From: an uncultured Gammaproteobacteria bacterium
Lineage (GTDB): Bacteria; Patescibacteriota; Patescibacteriia; UBA9570
Length of the DNA: 64,000 bases
Direction: 5' to 3'
Assembly: GCA_964385285.1 (NCBI GenBank)
Contig: CAYLOJ010000001.1
Location: forward strand, 24,537 to 88,536
This document shows positions 31,243 through 41,065 of the stretch, one piece after another. The notes under the pieces are model-generated. The model did no database searches. It saw nothing but the letters and a program-made list of their open reading frames with translations, and was not told the origin of the DNA. Position numbers and translations under genes: made by a program. Each line of letters starts with the position of its first letter. Positions within the stretch are counted from its first letter, which is position 1.

Positions 31243-32121
31243 ATGCGGTTAGTCGACACACATACTCACGTTAATTTTCAGCCGTTTTTAGATAGTTATC
31301 GCGAGGTCATCCAGCGTGCCACGAATTCCGATATCATCGTGACCAATGTTGGAACGCAATGGGAATCTTCAGAGCGATCGGTTCGCATCGCTGATGAATT
31401 AGGGGGTTTGGTCTATGCAGCTGTAGGCCTGCACCCATTACACTTATTTAAAGATATTGTCGAAGAACAAAAGTTTGGGGATACTACACAGAAGATTGTG
31501 GCGAGATCCGAAAAATTTGATCCGGCAAAATATAAACTGTTAGCACAATCTTCCAAGCGTGTCGTAGCCATTGGTGAATGCGGCTTAGATTATTATCATA
31601 CGGATGGCTTGGCTAGTGTTCAGCAAACCGTTTTACGCCAGCATATTGAATTAGGGATTGCTCTGGATCTGCCACTCATTATCCATTGTCGTGATGCCGG
31701 CATTCATACCGATGATACCGTTCAAGCGTTTGATGATCTAGCTGCTTTGTTGAGTGATTACCAAGGTAAAGTACGTGGGACAATTCACTGTTACACCGGC
31801 ACGCCTAAATACATTGAGCGGTTTCTAAAATTCGGCTTCTATATCGGCTTTACCGGGATTGCAACATTCACCAGTGCTAAGGCGGTGCGGGCGAGTGTGC
31901 AGGCAGTACCGCTGGATCGTATTCTTCTGGAAACTGACGCTCCATATTTAGCTCCGGTACCACATCGTGGTCAGCGTAATGAACCTGCCTACGTGCGCTA
32001 TGTAGCTGAGGAAATTGCCAAGTTAAAGGGTGAGTCATTAGAGAATGTCGCAGCCCAAACGACAAGCAATGCCTTTGACTTGTTCCGCTATCCGGACTGT
32101 CCGAATTCTGGTACACTATAA
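31243..32121 (+). CDS. TatD family deoxyribonuclease
   Basis: DTHTH, GLHP, IGECGLDY, IIHCRD, IHCYTG, LETDAPYL. Confidence 0.93.
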   Translation: MRLVDTHTHVNFQPFLDSYREVIQRATNSDIIVTNVGTQWESSERSVRIADELGGLVYAAVGLHPLHLFKDIVEEQKFGDTTQKIVARSEKFDPAKYKLLAQSSKRVVAIGECGLDYYHTDGLASVQQTVLRQHIELGIALDLPLIIHCRDAGIHTDDTVQAFDDLAALLSDYQGKVRGTIHCYTGTPKYIERFLKFGFYIGFTGIATFTSAKAVRASVQAVPLDRILLETDAPYLAPVPHRGQRNEPAYVRYVAEEIAKLKGESLENVAAQTTSNAFDLFRYPDCPNSGTL

Positions 32122-32123
32122 CC

Positions 32124-33068
32124 ATGTTGAGTTGGTTAATTCCGTCCATTGTTATCGTCGTCGTTGGCATTGTTTTGTGGTATTGGCTGAATAAACTACT
32201 AACGACCAAGTTAGCACCGAAAGACGATTCAGCTGCTTATACAATGCTGAATCAGAACATTCAGGGCATGCAGCAGAGTTTAAATTCGGTTAGTAGTGGC
32301 CTGAATAGTCGATTAGATAATGCCGCAAAGGTGATCTCCGACGTGAACAAAGAACTCGGTCAGGTCCAGGAAATAGGTCGCAATATGCGTGATTTGCAGC
32401 AGTTTTTGCAATCACCAAAATTGCGCGGCAATATTGGTGAACAGGTATTGCGCGATCTGCTCAGTCAGAATTTTCCTCAGAATTTCTTTGAAATGCAATA
32501 CAAATTTCGTTCTGGTGAAGTAGTAGATGCTTTGTTAAAAACAGACAATGGAATGATTGGTATCGACTCCAAGTTCCCATTAACAAACTTTGATCAGTTA
32601 ATGAAAGCTGATACCGAGGAACTGGCTGCACAATATCGCAAGTTATTTCAGCGCGATGTTAAAAAACATATCAGCGACATCGCCAAAAAATATATTTTGC
32701 CAGAGGAGGGGACGGTGAACTTTGCTTTAATGTATATTCCGTCGGAGGCTATCTACTATGAAATTATCCGCGATGATGTGGAGATGATGGCACATGCCCA
32801 AGCTCAAAAGGTACTACTGGTTTCGCCCAATAGCTTCTATTACTTCTTACGTGTGATTATGATCGGCATGGAAGGTAAAAAAATTGAGAAGCAGGCCCAA
32901 GCAATATTGATCGCTTTACAGGGTTTGCAGAAAGATTCGGACAAGTTTGGTCGTGAATTAGATGTGTTAACTACCCACCTAACCAATGCCAAAAGTGCTT
33001 TAGAACGGGTGTCTAGCCAGTACCATCAATTAGACGCAAAAATTGATCAAATTAAGCTTTTAGAGTAG
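32124..33068 (+). CDS. rmuC: DNA recombination protein RmuC
   Basis: N-terminal TM, coiled coil, RGNIGEQVL, IDSKFP, KYI.PEEGT..FALMYIPSE; extended -10 TGgTACACT 6 nt upstream. Confidence 0.88.
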   Translation: MLSWLIPSIVIVVVGIVLWYWLNKLLTTKLAPKDDSAAYTMLNQNIQGMQQSLNSVSSGLNSRLDNAAKVISDVNKELGQVQEIGRNMRDLQQFLQSPKLRGNIGEQVLRDLLSQNFPQNFFEMQYKFRSGEVVDALLKTDNGMIGIDSKFPLTNFDQLMKADTEELAAQYRKLFQRDVKKHISDIAKKYILPEEGTVNFALMYIPSEAIYYEIIRDDVEMMAHAQAQKVLLVSPNSFYYFLRVIMIGMEGKKIEKQAQAILIALQGLQKDSDKFGRELDVLTTHLTNAKSALERVSSQYHQLDAKIDQIKLLE

Positions 33069-33076
33069 CCTAGCGC

Positions 33077-33646
33077 ATGGATATGACTAACCGACCATGG
33101 GAACAGTTAAAGACCCTAAAAGAGCAATTTAAAGGCACTGGGGTTGAATTAGGTAAGAATGTCACCATTCATCCTACAGCAGTGATTGAAGGTCCAGTTA
33201 AAATTGGCGATAACACAGTGGTTGGCGTTGGAGCCTTCATTCGTCCGTATACAATAATTGGTAGCGATTGCGTGATTGGTCACGCCACGGAAGTCAAACA
33301 CTCTATTATTGGTAATCACGTTACTTTGCCGCATTTTAATTATGTGGGCGACAGTATTTTGTCAGATTATGTCCACCTCGGCGGCGGTGCTGTGTTGGCA
33401 AATTTTAAGAGTGACGGCAGTACAATTCAGGTTGCAATGGATGGTCAAAAAATTGATACTGGTCTTACTAAGTTTGGTGCCGTGCTCGGCGAACATGTGG
33501 AGATTGGCGGTGGGGCTTTTTTGAATCCCGGTACCATTGTAGGTGCCAATACTACCATCTATCCCAAGGCTATTGTCCGCGGTAGCATTCCTGCCAACTC
33601 GATCGTCAAAGTTCGACAAGATCAAGAGATTGTTTCGAAGCACTAG
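33077..33646 (+). CDS. Hexapeptide-repeat acyltransferase (GlmU C-terminal-like, stand-alone)
   Basis: IEGPVKIG, GAFIRP, HFNYVGDSIL, KFGAVLG, LNPGTIVG. Confidence 0.8.
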   Translation: MDMTNRPWEQLKTLKEQFKGTGVELGKNVTIHPTAVIEGPVKIGDNTVVGVGAFIRPYTIIGSDCVIGHATEVKHSIIGNHVTLPHFNYVGDSILSDYVHLGGGAVLANFKSDGSTIQVAMDGQKIDTGLTKFGAVLGEHVEIGGGAFLNPGTIVGANTTIYPKAIVRGSIPANSIVKVRQDQEIVSKH

Positions 33647-33664
33647 TAACTGAGCAAGATCCTC

Positions 33665-33695
33665 AATAACCCCATATATTCTGTGGGGTTATTTT
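33665..33695 (+). terminator. Intrinsic terminator after the acyltransferase
   Basis: AATAACCCCA...TGGGGTTATT stem followed by T run. Confidence 0.7.
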
Positions 33696-33701
33696 GTACC
33701 T

Positions 33702-33748
33702 AAAAACCAAAAACCCCTCTCCCGGAAGGAGAGGGGTAGGGGGAGAGG
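33702..33748 (-). terminator. atp operon terminator built from a REP-like palindrome
   Basis: ACCCCTCTCC-loop-GGAGAGGGGT 10-bp stem (33713-33737) followed on the minus strand by TTTTGGTTTTT. Confidence 0.7.
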
Positions 33749-33749
33749 A

Positions 33750-34169
33750 CTATTTCTTCCATTTCTTACCAACGTTGAGACGAGCGCGCTCGTGTTCAAG
33801 TTGTTTTTGTAGCATGCTATACGAATTAAGATCCAAATCGGTGCGATTTTTGAGATCCTGTTCCAACTGTTGAGTGCGGGACTCTGCAGCGGCAATATCG
33901 ATGTCACTAGCGTGCTCAGCAGAGTCTGCTAACACGTAGAGAGTGTTGTGGTAAACCTCAACGAGACCACCACTAACCGCTAATGGGTAGCTTTTTCCTT
34001 CAGCTCGCACAATCAATTCTCCTGGTTCCAAAATACTGACTAGTTCAGTATGTTCAGGTAATACAGTAATTTCACCAAGGCGAGTAGGCAAACTTACACC
34101 ATCTACCGTTTGTTCGAAGACGGTCTCTACGGGTGTCACCATTTTGAATTTTAGGTTTGCCTGTGTCAT
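33750..34169 (-). CDS. atpC: ATP synthase F1 epsilon
   Basis: VTP, LPT..GEITVLPEH, AVSGGLVEV, LADSAE. Confidence 0.93.
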   Translation of the reverse strand: MTQANLKFKMVTPVETVFEQTVDGVSLPTRLGEITVLPEHTELVSILEPGELIVRAEGKSYPLAVSGGLVEVYHNTLYVLADSAEHASDIDIAAAESRTQQLEQDLKNRTDLDLNSYSMLQKQLEHERARLNVGKKWKK

Positions 34170-34180
34170 GTATTTTTGAG

Positions 34181-35557
<1,377 letters not shown>

Positions 35558-35592
35558 TTAGATTAAATAAATTATTGTTTTGTTAACATGGT

Positions 35593-36528
35593 TTAAGATA
35601 CCGCTGCCGTGCCGGCTGCAATTTCAGCAATTTCTTTTGTAATACTGGCTTGTCGCGTGCGGTTAAACGCTAACACCAAATCATCAATCATGTCGGTTGC
35701 CGCATCCGAAGCATTCTTCATCGCGAGCATACGAGCCGAGTGCTCAGAGGCATTACTTTCCAACAAGGCCTGATAAATCTGAGCTTCTGCCAAACGCGGA
35801 ACAACATATTCTAAGACATCTAGTTTACCAGGTTCATAGATGTAGTCGGCACTGACCGATAACTCTGGAGTAGCAGTCAGAGGTAATGTCGTTTCATTTT
35901 CCACTGCCTCAGCGATACTGCCGGCCTGCAGTAATGGGAAAAGTTGCTTCACTACAGGAGTTTGTAATACAGCGGACTTATAATCGGTATAAGCGACTAA
36001 GACACGATCAGTTTGTTTGGTACTGAATTGTTTGTAAGCATAGGCTGCCACTTCTGCAATGGATCCAGTATTCTTGGCAGTGTCGTCTTTAACATATGCA
36101 AATTCAGCTTTCACGCCGATAGCATTGAGTGTCGTAACACCTTTTTTACCAATCATGATCAATTCCAGATTATTTCGTCCATGATGCTTAATCTGTTTGA
36201 CGACGCGCTTCATTACATTGCTGTTGAACGCCCCACATAACCCACGGTTGGAAGTAAAGACAATCAAGGTAATTTTTTCTGGAGTACCCGCTTCTAACTC
36301 TGGAGCTACAAAGAAGCGACGAACTGAATCTGTTGGTTTCAACTCAACGCTGCTCATTACGCGATTAATCACATCCCACAGCATGTTCGCGTAGGTTCGT
36401 GTGTTTAACGCAGACTGCACAGCACGGCGCATTTTAGCGGCGGATACTAACTCCATCGCTTTCGTAATTTTTTTCGAGTTCTTTACGGAGCGGAGTCGAT
36501 TTTTAATTTCGCGACCTTGCAATGCCAT
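35593..36528 (-). CDS. atpG: ATP synthase F1 gamma
   Basis: KITKAMELVSAAK, RGLCGAFN, SEHSARMLAM, RQASITKEI. Confidence 0.96.
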   Translation of the reverse strand: MALQGREIKNRLRSVKNSKKITKAMELVSAAKMRRAVQSALNTRTYANMLWDVINRVMSSVELKPTDSVRRFFVAPELEAGTPEKITLIVFTSNRGLCGAFNSNVMKRVVKQIKHHGRNNLELIMIGKKGVTTLNAIGVKAEFAYVKDDTAKNTGSIAEVAAYAYKQFSTKQTDRVLVAYTDYKSAVLQTPVVKQLFPLLQAGSIAEAVENETTLPLTATPELSVSADYIYEPGKLDVLEYVVPRLAEAQIYQALLESNASEHSARMLAMKNASDAATDMIDDLVLAFNRTRQASITKEIAEIAAGTAAVS

Positions 36529-36536
36529 AGAATAGC

Positions 36537-38069
36537 TTAAGCGACACGTTGATCAGCGGATAAAGTAGCCTTATAATCAGCAATCATATTTTGCAGTTTG
36601 GTTTCCCAAGCATCATCAAACGCTTTTTCAGTACGGATCTTTTCCAGTAAATCATTGGCGTGCTGTTCCACGTACTCGACTAAGCCAACACTAAACTCTT
36701 GAATGTAGTTAGCTTTGACATCATCCGTTAAACCTTTAGTGACAGCGTAAATTTGAATGACCTGTTGTTCAACGGATAATGGTTCGTATTGTTTCTGTTT
36801 CAATAGTTCTTCTAAACGTTTGCCGCGCTCTAATTGTTTTTTGGTAGCTTCATCTAAATCGGAACCGAATTGTGTGAAGGCTTCCAATTCGCGGAACTGA
36901 GCTAAGCCTAAGCGTAATGTACCAGCGACTTTTTTCATCGCTTTAATCTGAGCAGCGCCACCGACGCGCGATACCGACAGACCGACGTTAATAGCAGGAC
37001 GGAAACCTTTGTTGAACAGGTTGGTTTCTAAATAGATCTGACCATCAGTAATGGAAATCACGTTGGTAGGAATATAAGCGGATACATCGTTACCTTGGGT
37101 TTCAATGATCGGTAGAGCAGTGAGCGAACCATTGCCATTGTCTTCGTTCAACTTGGCAGCACGTTCTAGTAAACGAGAATGCAGATAGAACACATCTCCA
37201 GGATAAGCTTCGCGCCCTGGTGGACGGCGTAACAGTAAGGAAATTTGGCGATAGGCAACAGCATGCTTGGAAAGATCATCATAAACAATCAAGGCGTCCT
37301 GACCTTTATCCATGAAATATTCACCCATGGCACAACCTGCATATGGAGCCAAGAATGCGAGCGCGGCGGGTTCAGCGGCACCAGCACTGACGATAATGGT
37401 GTAATCCATCGCTCCTTTTTCTGTGAGCTTGGCAACTAATTGTGCAATCTTACTTTCTTTCTGACCGATGGCCACATAGATACAGATCATATTTTGGCCT
37501 TTTTGGTTCAGAATGGTATCAATCGCCACAGCGGTTTTACCCGTTTGACGGTCACCGATGATCAACTCGCGTTGACCACGACCCACTGGAGTCATGGCAT
37601 CGATGGATTTAATACCAGTCTGCACCGGCTGATGCACGGATTTACGGGTGATAACACCAGGAGCAACACGTTCCATTGGATAGGTTTTACTTGCCTTGAT
37701 AGGCCCTTTACCATCCTTTGGATTGCCCAAAGCATCAACCACGCGTCCGATCAGCCCTTCACCTACCGGTACTTCTAAAATTTTGCCCAAACTTTTGACT
37801 TTCATGCCCTCACTAATACCTGTGTAGTCGCCCATGACCATGATACCCACCATGCCTTCTTCCAAGTTTAACGCAACGCCTTGGATGCCATTATCAAATT
37901 CAACCATTTCAGAGGCGCGTACTTCAGCCAAACCGGTGGCCTTAACAATACCGTCACCAACTTCGATGACTGTACCGATTTTTTCGGCTTCTAAGGATTG
38001 CTTAAAATTAGCAATTTCTTGCTTGAGGTGTTCGACAATACTTGGAGTAGAGGCTTTCGTATCCGACAT
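36537..38069 (-). CDS. atpA: ATP synthase F1 alpha
   Basis: [38 protein letters not shown]. Confidence 0.98.
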   Translation of the reverse strand: MSDTKASTPSIVEHLKQEIANFKQSLEAEKIGTVIEVGDGIVKATGLAEVRASEMVEFDNGIQGVALNLEEGMVGIMVMGDYTGISEGMKVKSLGKILEVPVGEGLIGRVVDALGNPKDGKGPIKASKTYPMERVAPGVITRKSVHQPVQTGIKSIDAMTPVGRGQRELIIGDRQTGKTAVAIDTILNQKGQNMICIYVAIGQKESKIAQLVAKLTEKGAMDYTIIVSAGAAEPAALAFLAPYAGCAMGEYFMDKGQDALIVYDDLSKHAVAYRQISLLLRRPPGREAYPGDVFYLHSRLLERAAKLNEDNGNGSLTALPIIETQGNDVSAYIPTNVISITDGQIYLETNLFNKGFRPAINVGLSVSRVGGAAQIKAMKKVAGTLRLGLAQFRELEAFTQFGSDLDEATKKQLERGKRLEELLKQKQYEPLSVEQQVIQIYAVTKGLTDDVKANYIQEFSVGLVEYVEQHANDLLEKIRTEKAFDDAWETKLQNMIADYKATLSADQRVA

Positions 38070-38099
38070 AAGGGAGTAGGTGATTAAGTGGGTAATGAA

Positions 38100-38489
38100 T
38101 TAACGAAGGGTATGGGCGAGTTGATTTAATTGTCCTTTGACAGACAGATCCCAGCGCTGATTGATGGTTTCGATTTGAGCACCACCAATGACCATTGGGT
38201 CAACCTGCTGATCAATCACAGTCTTCGCAGTGGGCAATACTGCAGCGACCAGTTGATTCAGTAAATCTTGATCTAAGGCGTGGGCACTACGGACAGTCAC
38301 TGCCACTGTACCATTTTGACGATGCTGTAACACATCAACTAAACGGACAATCTCTGGCAGCCACTTCACATGACCATGACTGTAGATATGTTTTAACACA
38401 CGCTTGGAAATATCATTCCAATCCTCAGGCTTGCTCTCAGCGAGAACAGAGAACCAGGCTTGGGCGTAATATTTAGGGGTTAAGCGCAT
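38100..38489 (-). CDS. atpH: ATP synthase F1 delta (short)
   Basis: Position between atpF and atpA; YAQA, VRSA, VDP.VIGG, DLSVKGQL. Confidence 0.85.
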   Translation of the reverse strand: MRLTPKYYAQAWFSVLAESKPEDWNDISKRVLKHIYSHGHVKWLPEIVRLVDVLQHRQNGTVAVTVRSAHALDQDLLNQLVAAVLPTAKTVIDQQVDPMVIGGAQIETINQRWDLSVKGQLNQLAHTLR

Positions 38490-38490
38490 G

Positions 38491-38985
38491 TTATTTAAGA
38501 TCAGCTAAACTGCGCTCAATTAAAGTTTTGTCCGCTGGTGCAGTCAGCTTCTCTTTTAAGATGCGTTCTGTAGCCAGCAACACTACCTCACCGAGCTCAG
38601 CTTTGGCGTCTTGTAGCATTTTGTCATGCTCCAGACGAATATCCTGTTTGGCCTTTTCAATGACTTTGGCCGCTTCGGCTTTACTGCGTTCTACCAACTG
38701 ATTGCCTTGTACAACGGCAGCAGCTTTAGCTTCGTCCAACACGCGTTGAGCATCCACTTTAGCCTCTGCAATTAAGCGTTTTTGTTCAGCTGTAGCTGAA
38801 TCGAGTGCAGTCTGAGCCTGTTCAGCTTGCTGGATACCTTTTTCAATTTTGTCTGTCCGTTCCTGAACAAATTTCAGGATCGGTTTATAGCCAATTTTGT
38901 AAAGGATAAATCCAAGCAACACAAAGTTCACTACCTGCGCAATCAGGATTTTGACGTCTAAACCAAGCGCAGATAATAACTCCAT
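38491..38985 (-). CDS. atpF: ATP synthase Fo subunit b
   Basis: LGLD..LIAQVVNF..L....YKPI..ER; coiled coil. Confidence 0.93.
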   Translation of the reverse strand: MELLSALGLDVKILIAQVVNFVLLGFILYKIGYKPILKFVQERTDKIEKGIQQAEQAQTALDSATAEQKRLIAEAKVDAQRVLDEAKAAAVVQGNQLVERSKAEAAKVIEKAKQDIRLEHDKMLQDAKAELGEVVLLATERILKEKLTAPADKTLIERSLADLK

Positions 38986-38992
38986 ATCCGAA

Positions 38993-39220
38993 CTAGACGA
39001 ACAAGATCAATAAAGCAATAACCAAGGAATAAATACCGAGAGATTCGGTAATAGCCATGGCGATTACTAATTTACCGAAGATACTGCCTTCGATGCTTGG
39101 ATTGCGGCCAATGGATTCCATAGTTTGACGAACCATCATACCTTGGGCCATAGCTGGGGCGATACAACCGAAAGCAACAGTGGCTCCGGCGACGATGTAT
39201 TTGATTGCTTCTGCGTCCAT
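38993..39220 (-). CDS. atpE: ATP synthase Fo subunit c
   Basis: Two TM helices with RNP loop; ITESLGIY. Confidence 0.95.
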   Translation of the reverse strand: MDAEAIKYIVAGATVAFGCIAPAMAQGMMVRQTMESIGRNPSIEGSIFGKLVIAMAITESLGIYSLVIALLILFV

Positions 39221-39247
39221 AAAATTATGTAAACGATTAATTATTTA

Positions 39248-40144
39248 TTAATTAGCTAATTTAGGTTGGGCTTGCTGGTGCTTCAAGTGTAGCCCCTCTT
39301 CCACCGAGATATTCACGAATAACAGAATTAACATCGGGAACAGTAATGCCTGAATGGTGGCGGTTAATAATCCAAGCATAGCAAAGGGGAGTGGGGCAAC
39401 GAACGGCGCGATCGCCAACATCACTAACATCAAGACTTCTTCAGAGAAAATATTTCCGAATAAACGAAAGGACAGAGACAATACACGAGCAACCTCACCC
39501 ACTAGTTCTAAGATCCCTACAAAGAATGAGATTGGGCTAGAAAAGTTGAGGTATTTACCGACATAGATCTTAACGCCTACGAACTTCCAAATCGTATATT
39601 GCGAAAACAAAAACATCAGTACGGTAATGCCAACCACTAAGGCATAATCGGCTAAGGCTGGGCGATATAAGTGGTGTCCGTTGACTTCAAAGGCTAACAA
39701 ACCAGGAAGGAAGTTGGCCATGTTGGAAGTCCAGAAGAACAAAACGAGTGTCATGAACACAGGGAAAATATGCTTCGTTAAAGCTTCATTCTTTGTAGTA
39801 TCCTTAACGAAATTATAGCCGGTGAGCAGAATAGTTTCGTAGAATAACTGTAGTTTTCCAGGGACCGTTTTCAGTTGGCTGCGCACAATTACGGTCAGAA
39901 TAACCAAAAATAAACTGACGGAGTAAGCCGCCAGCATAGAGTTGGTTACCGGTAAGGAACCAATGTTAAAAATAGTTTCAGGTTTAAGACTTACGTGAAT
40001 AGCACTCTCTTCATGGGCTGCTTCAGCCTGGGTATCATCACTCGCATGCTCAACTGCTGTTACTTCAGCATGTTCAGTCAGTTCCACCTCGGTCGTTGTG
40101 GCAACTTCTTCTTGATGCTCGGTAGTGGTTGTAATTTCGCTCAT
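39248..40144 (-). CDS. atpB: ATP synthase Fo subunit a
   Basis: TNSM, PGKLQ..E, SLSFRLFGNI, IQAL. Confidence 0.94.
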   Translation of the reverse strand: MSEITTTTEHQEEVATTTEVELTEHAEVTAVEHASDDTQAEAAHEESAIHVSLKPETIFNIGSLPVTNSMLAAYSVSLFLVILTVIVRSQLKTVPGKLQLFYETILLTGYNFVKDTTKNEALTKHIFPVFMTLVLFFWTSNMANFLPGLLAFEVNGHHLYRPALADYALVVGITVLMFLFSQYTIWKFVGVKIYVGKYLNFSSPISFFVGILELVGEVARVLSLSFRLFGNIFSEEVLMLVMLAIAPFVAPLPFAMLGLLTATIQALLFPMLILLFVNISVEEGLHLKHQQAQPKLAN

Positions 40145-40170
40145 TCTCTTATCACTATATACACTATAAA

Positions 40171-40380
40171 TTACGGCTTTTTCACCAGTTTAACCAGCTT
40201 GTTGGTTGTTGTGATGATTAGCAGGTTGGAGGTAATGAAGGCAATGAAAATGCCTGCAATTACATATTTTGTTGAGCCATAACGTTGGGTTAGAGCCCAG
40301 CCAATTCCACCGAACAGGGCGAGGGGCCCGAGGATATTTCCGGTTGAAACTGCCAAAGCGGTGACTAACTGTGATTTCAT
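40171..40380 (-). CDS. AtpZ/AtpI-like small membrane protein
   Basis: First gene of the atp operon; two TM helices, GGIGWAL. Confidence 0.7.
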   Translation of the reverse strand: MKSQLVTALAVSTGNILGPLALFGGIGWALTQRYGSTKYVIAGIFIAFITSNLLIITTTNKLVKLVKKP

Positions 40381-40389
40381 GGCGCCTCT

Positions 40390-40418
40390 ATTCTAAAGTA
40401 AAACCCTAGATGGGTCAA
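40390..40418 (-). promoter_or_regulatory. atp operon promoter
   Basis: Minus strand TTGACC-N17-TAGAAT, 9 nt before ATG 40380. Confidence 0.7.
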
Positions 40419-40476
40419 CGACTGGCTTTTAGGTATGTGGATAAATCAAAAAAACTCAAAATTTCCGTTACACAGC

Positions 40477-40505
40477 TTGACATTTGTAAAAAAAAATACT
40501 ATAAG
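40477..40505 (+). promoter_or_regulatory. Near-consensus promoter of the DUF5663-like/giant-protein unit
   Basis: TTGACA-N17-TATAAG, preceded by an A-tract (UP-like). Confidence 0.7.
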
Positions 40506-40540
40506 AATAGTATCTTAAAACAGATAAAATAGAACGCATT

Positions 40541-40873
40541 GTGCCTATGGACCCAATCAATGAATTTGTACAAACGTTAATGAAAGAGGCCGGCTTAAGT
40601 GGGCTCAGTGATGATTTAAGGCTAGGTTTAGAACGACAACTGCAAGTTCTGGCATATCGTCGAATTGGAGAGGTTATTTTGGATGAATTAGGGGAAGCCG
40701 AACAGATTGCCTTTATGCAAATAGTTGATCGTAATCCAGAGACACCAGATTATGATGCCATTAATCATTTTTTGGCTCAGCACACAAAGGGATTAGATAT
40801 AAAACTCCGTGAAGCTCTACGTAAATTGGGGACATTGTTCCTTGAGCAAATGTCACTCGCTAAACGAGTCTAG
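40541..40873 (+). CDS. Small acidic helical protein, DUF5663-like
   Basis: GLSGLSDD...RRIGEVILDEL.E...F...FLAQH; family recalled from CPR genomes, not verified by search; start GTG 40541 or ATG 40547. Confidence 0.6.
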   Translation: MPMDPINEFVQTLMKEAGLSGLSDDLRLGLERQLQVLAYRRIGEVILDELGEAEQIAFMQIVDRNPETPDYDAINHFLAQHTKGLDIKLREALRKLGTLFLEQMSLAKRV

Positions 40874-40881
40874 TCTAGAGC

Positions 40882-41055
40882 ATGGCTACCGAACTAGAAA
40901 AGGCTCAAATCCAACTGGTAGAGGAGATCTACACACGCTTTAAAGTTGAATTGGGGAAGCTGCAGCGACGACAAAATGACACCATTCAGAAGATCGTTCA
41001 ACGCGTCGATCATTCCAAAACAGAACAACTCCTAGAAGAATTACACAAATCTTAA
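40882..41055 (+). CDS. Small 57-aa coiled-coil protein (below ORF-track cutoff)
   Basis: MATELEKAQIQLVEEIYTRFKVELGKLQRRQNDTIQKIVQRVDHSKTEQLLEELHKS*; fills the gap with 8-nt and 10-nt spacers. Confidence 0.7.
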   Translation: MATELEKAQIQLVEEIYTRFKVELGKLQRRQNDTIQKIVQRVDHSKTEQLLEELHKS

Positions 41056-41065
41056 TAAACGATTT

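Noticed and set aside
40381-40540. Replication origin
   Set aside because: Only one DnaA box in a 160-bp spacer explained by two promoters; no dnaA or dnaN nearby.
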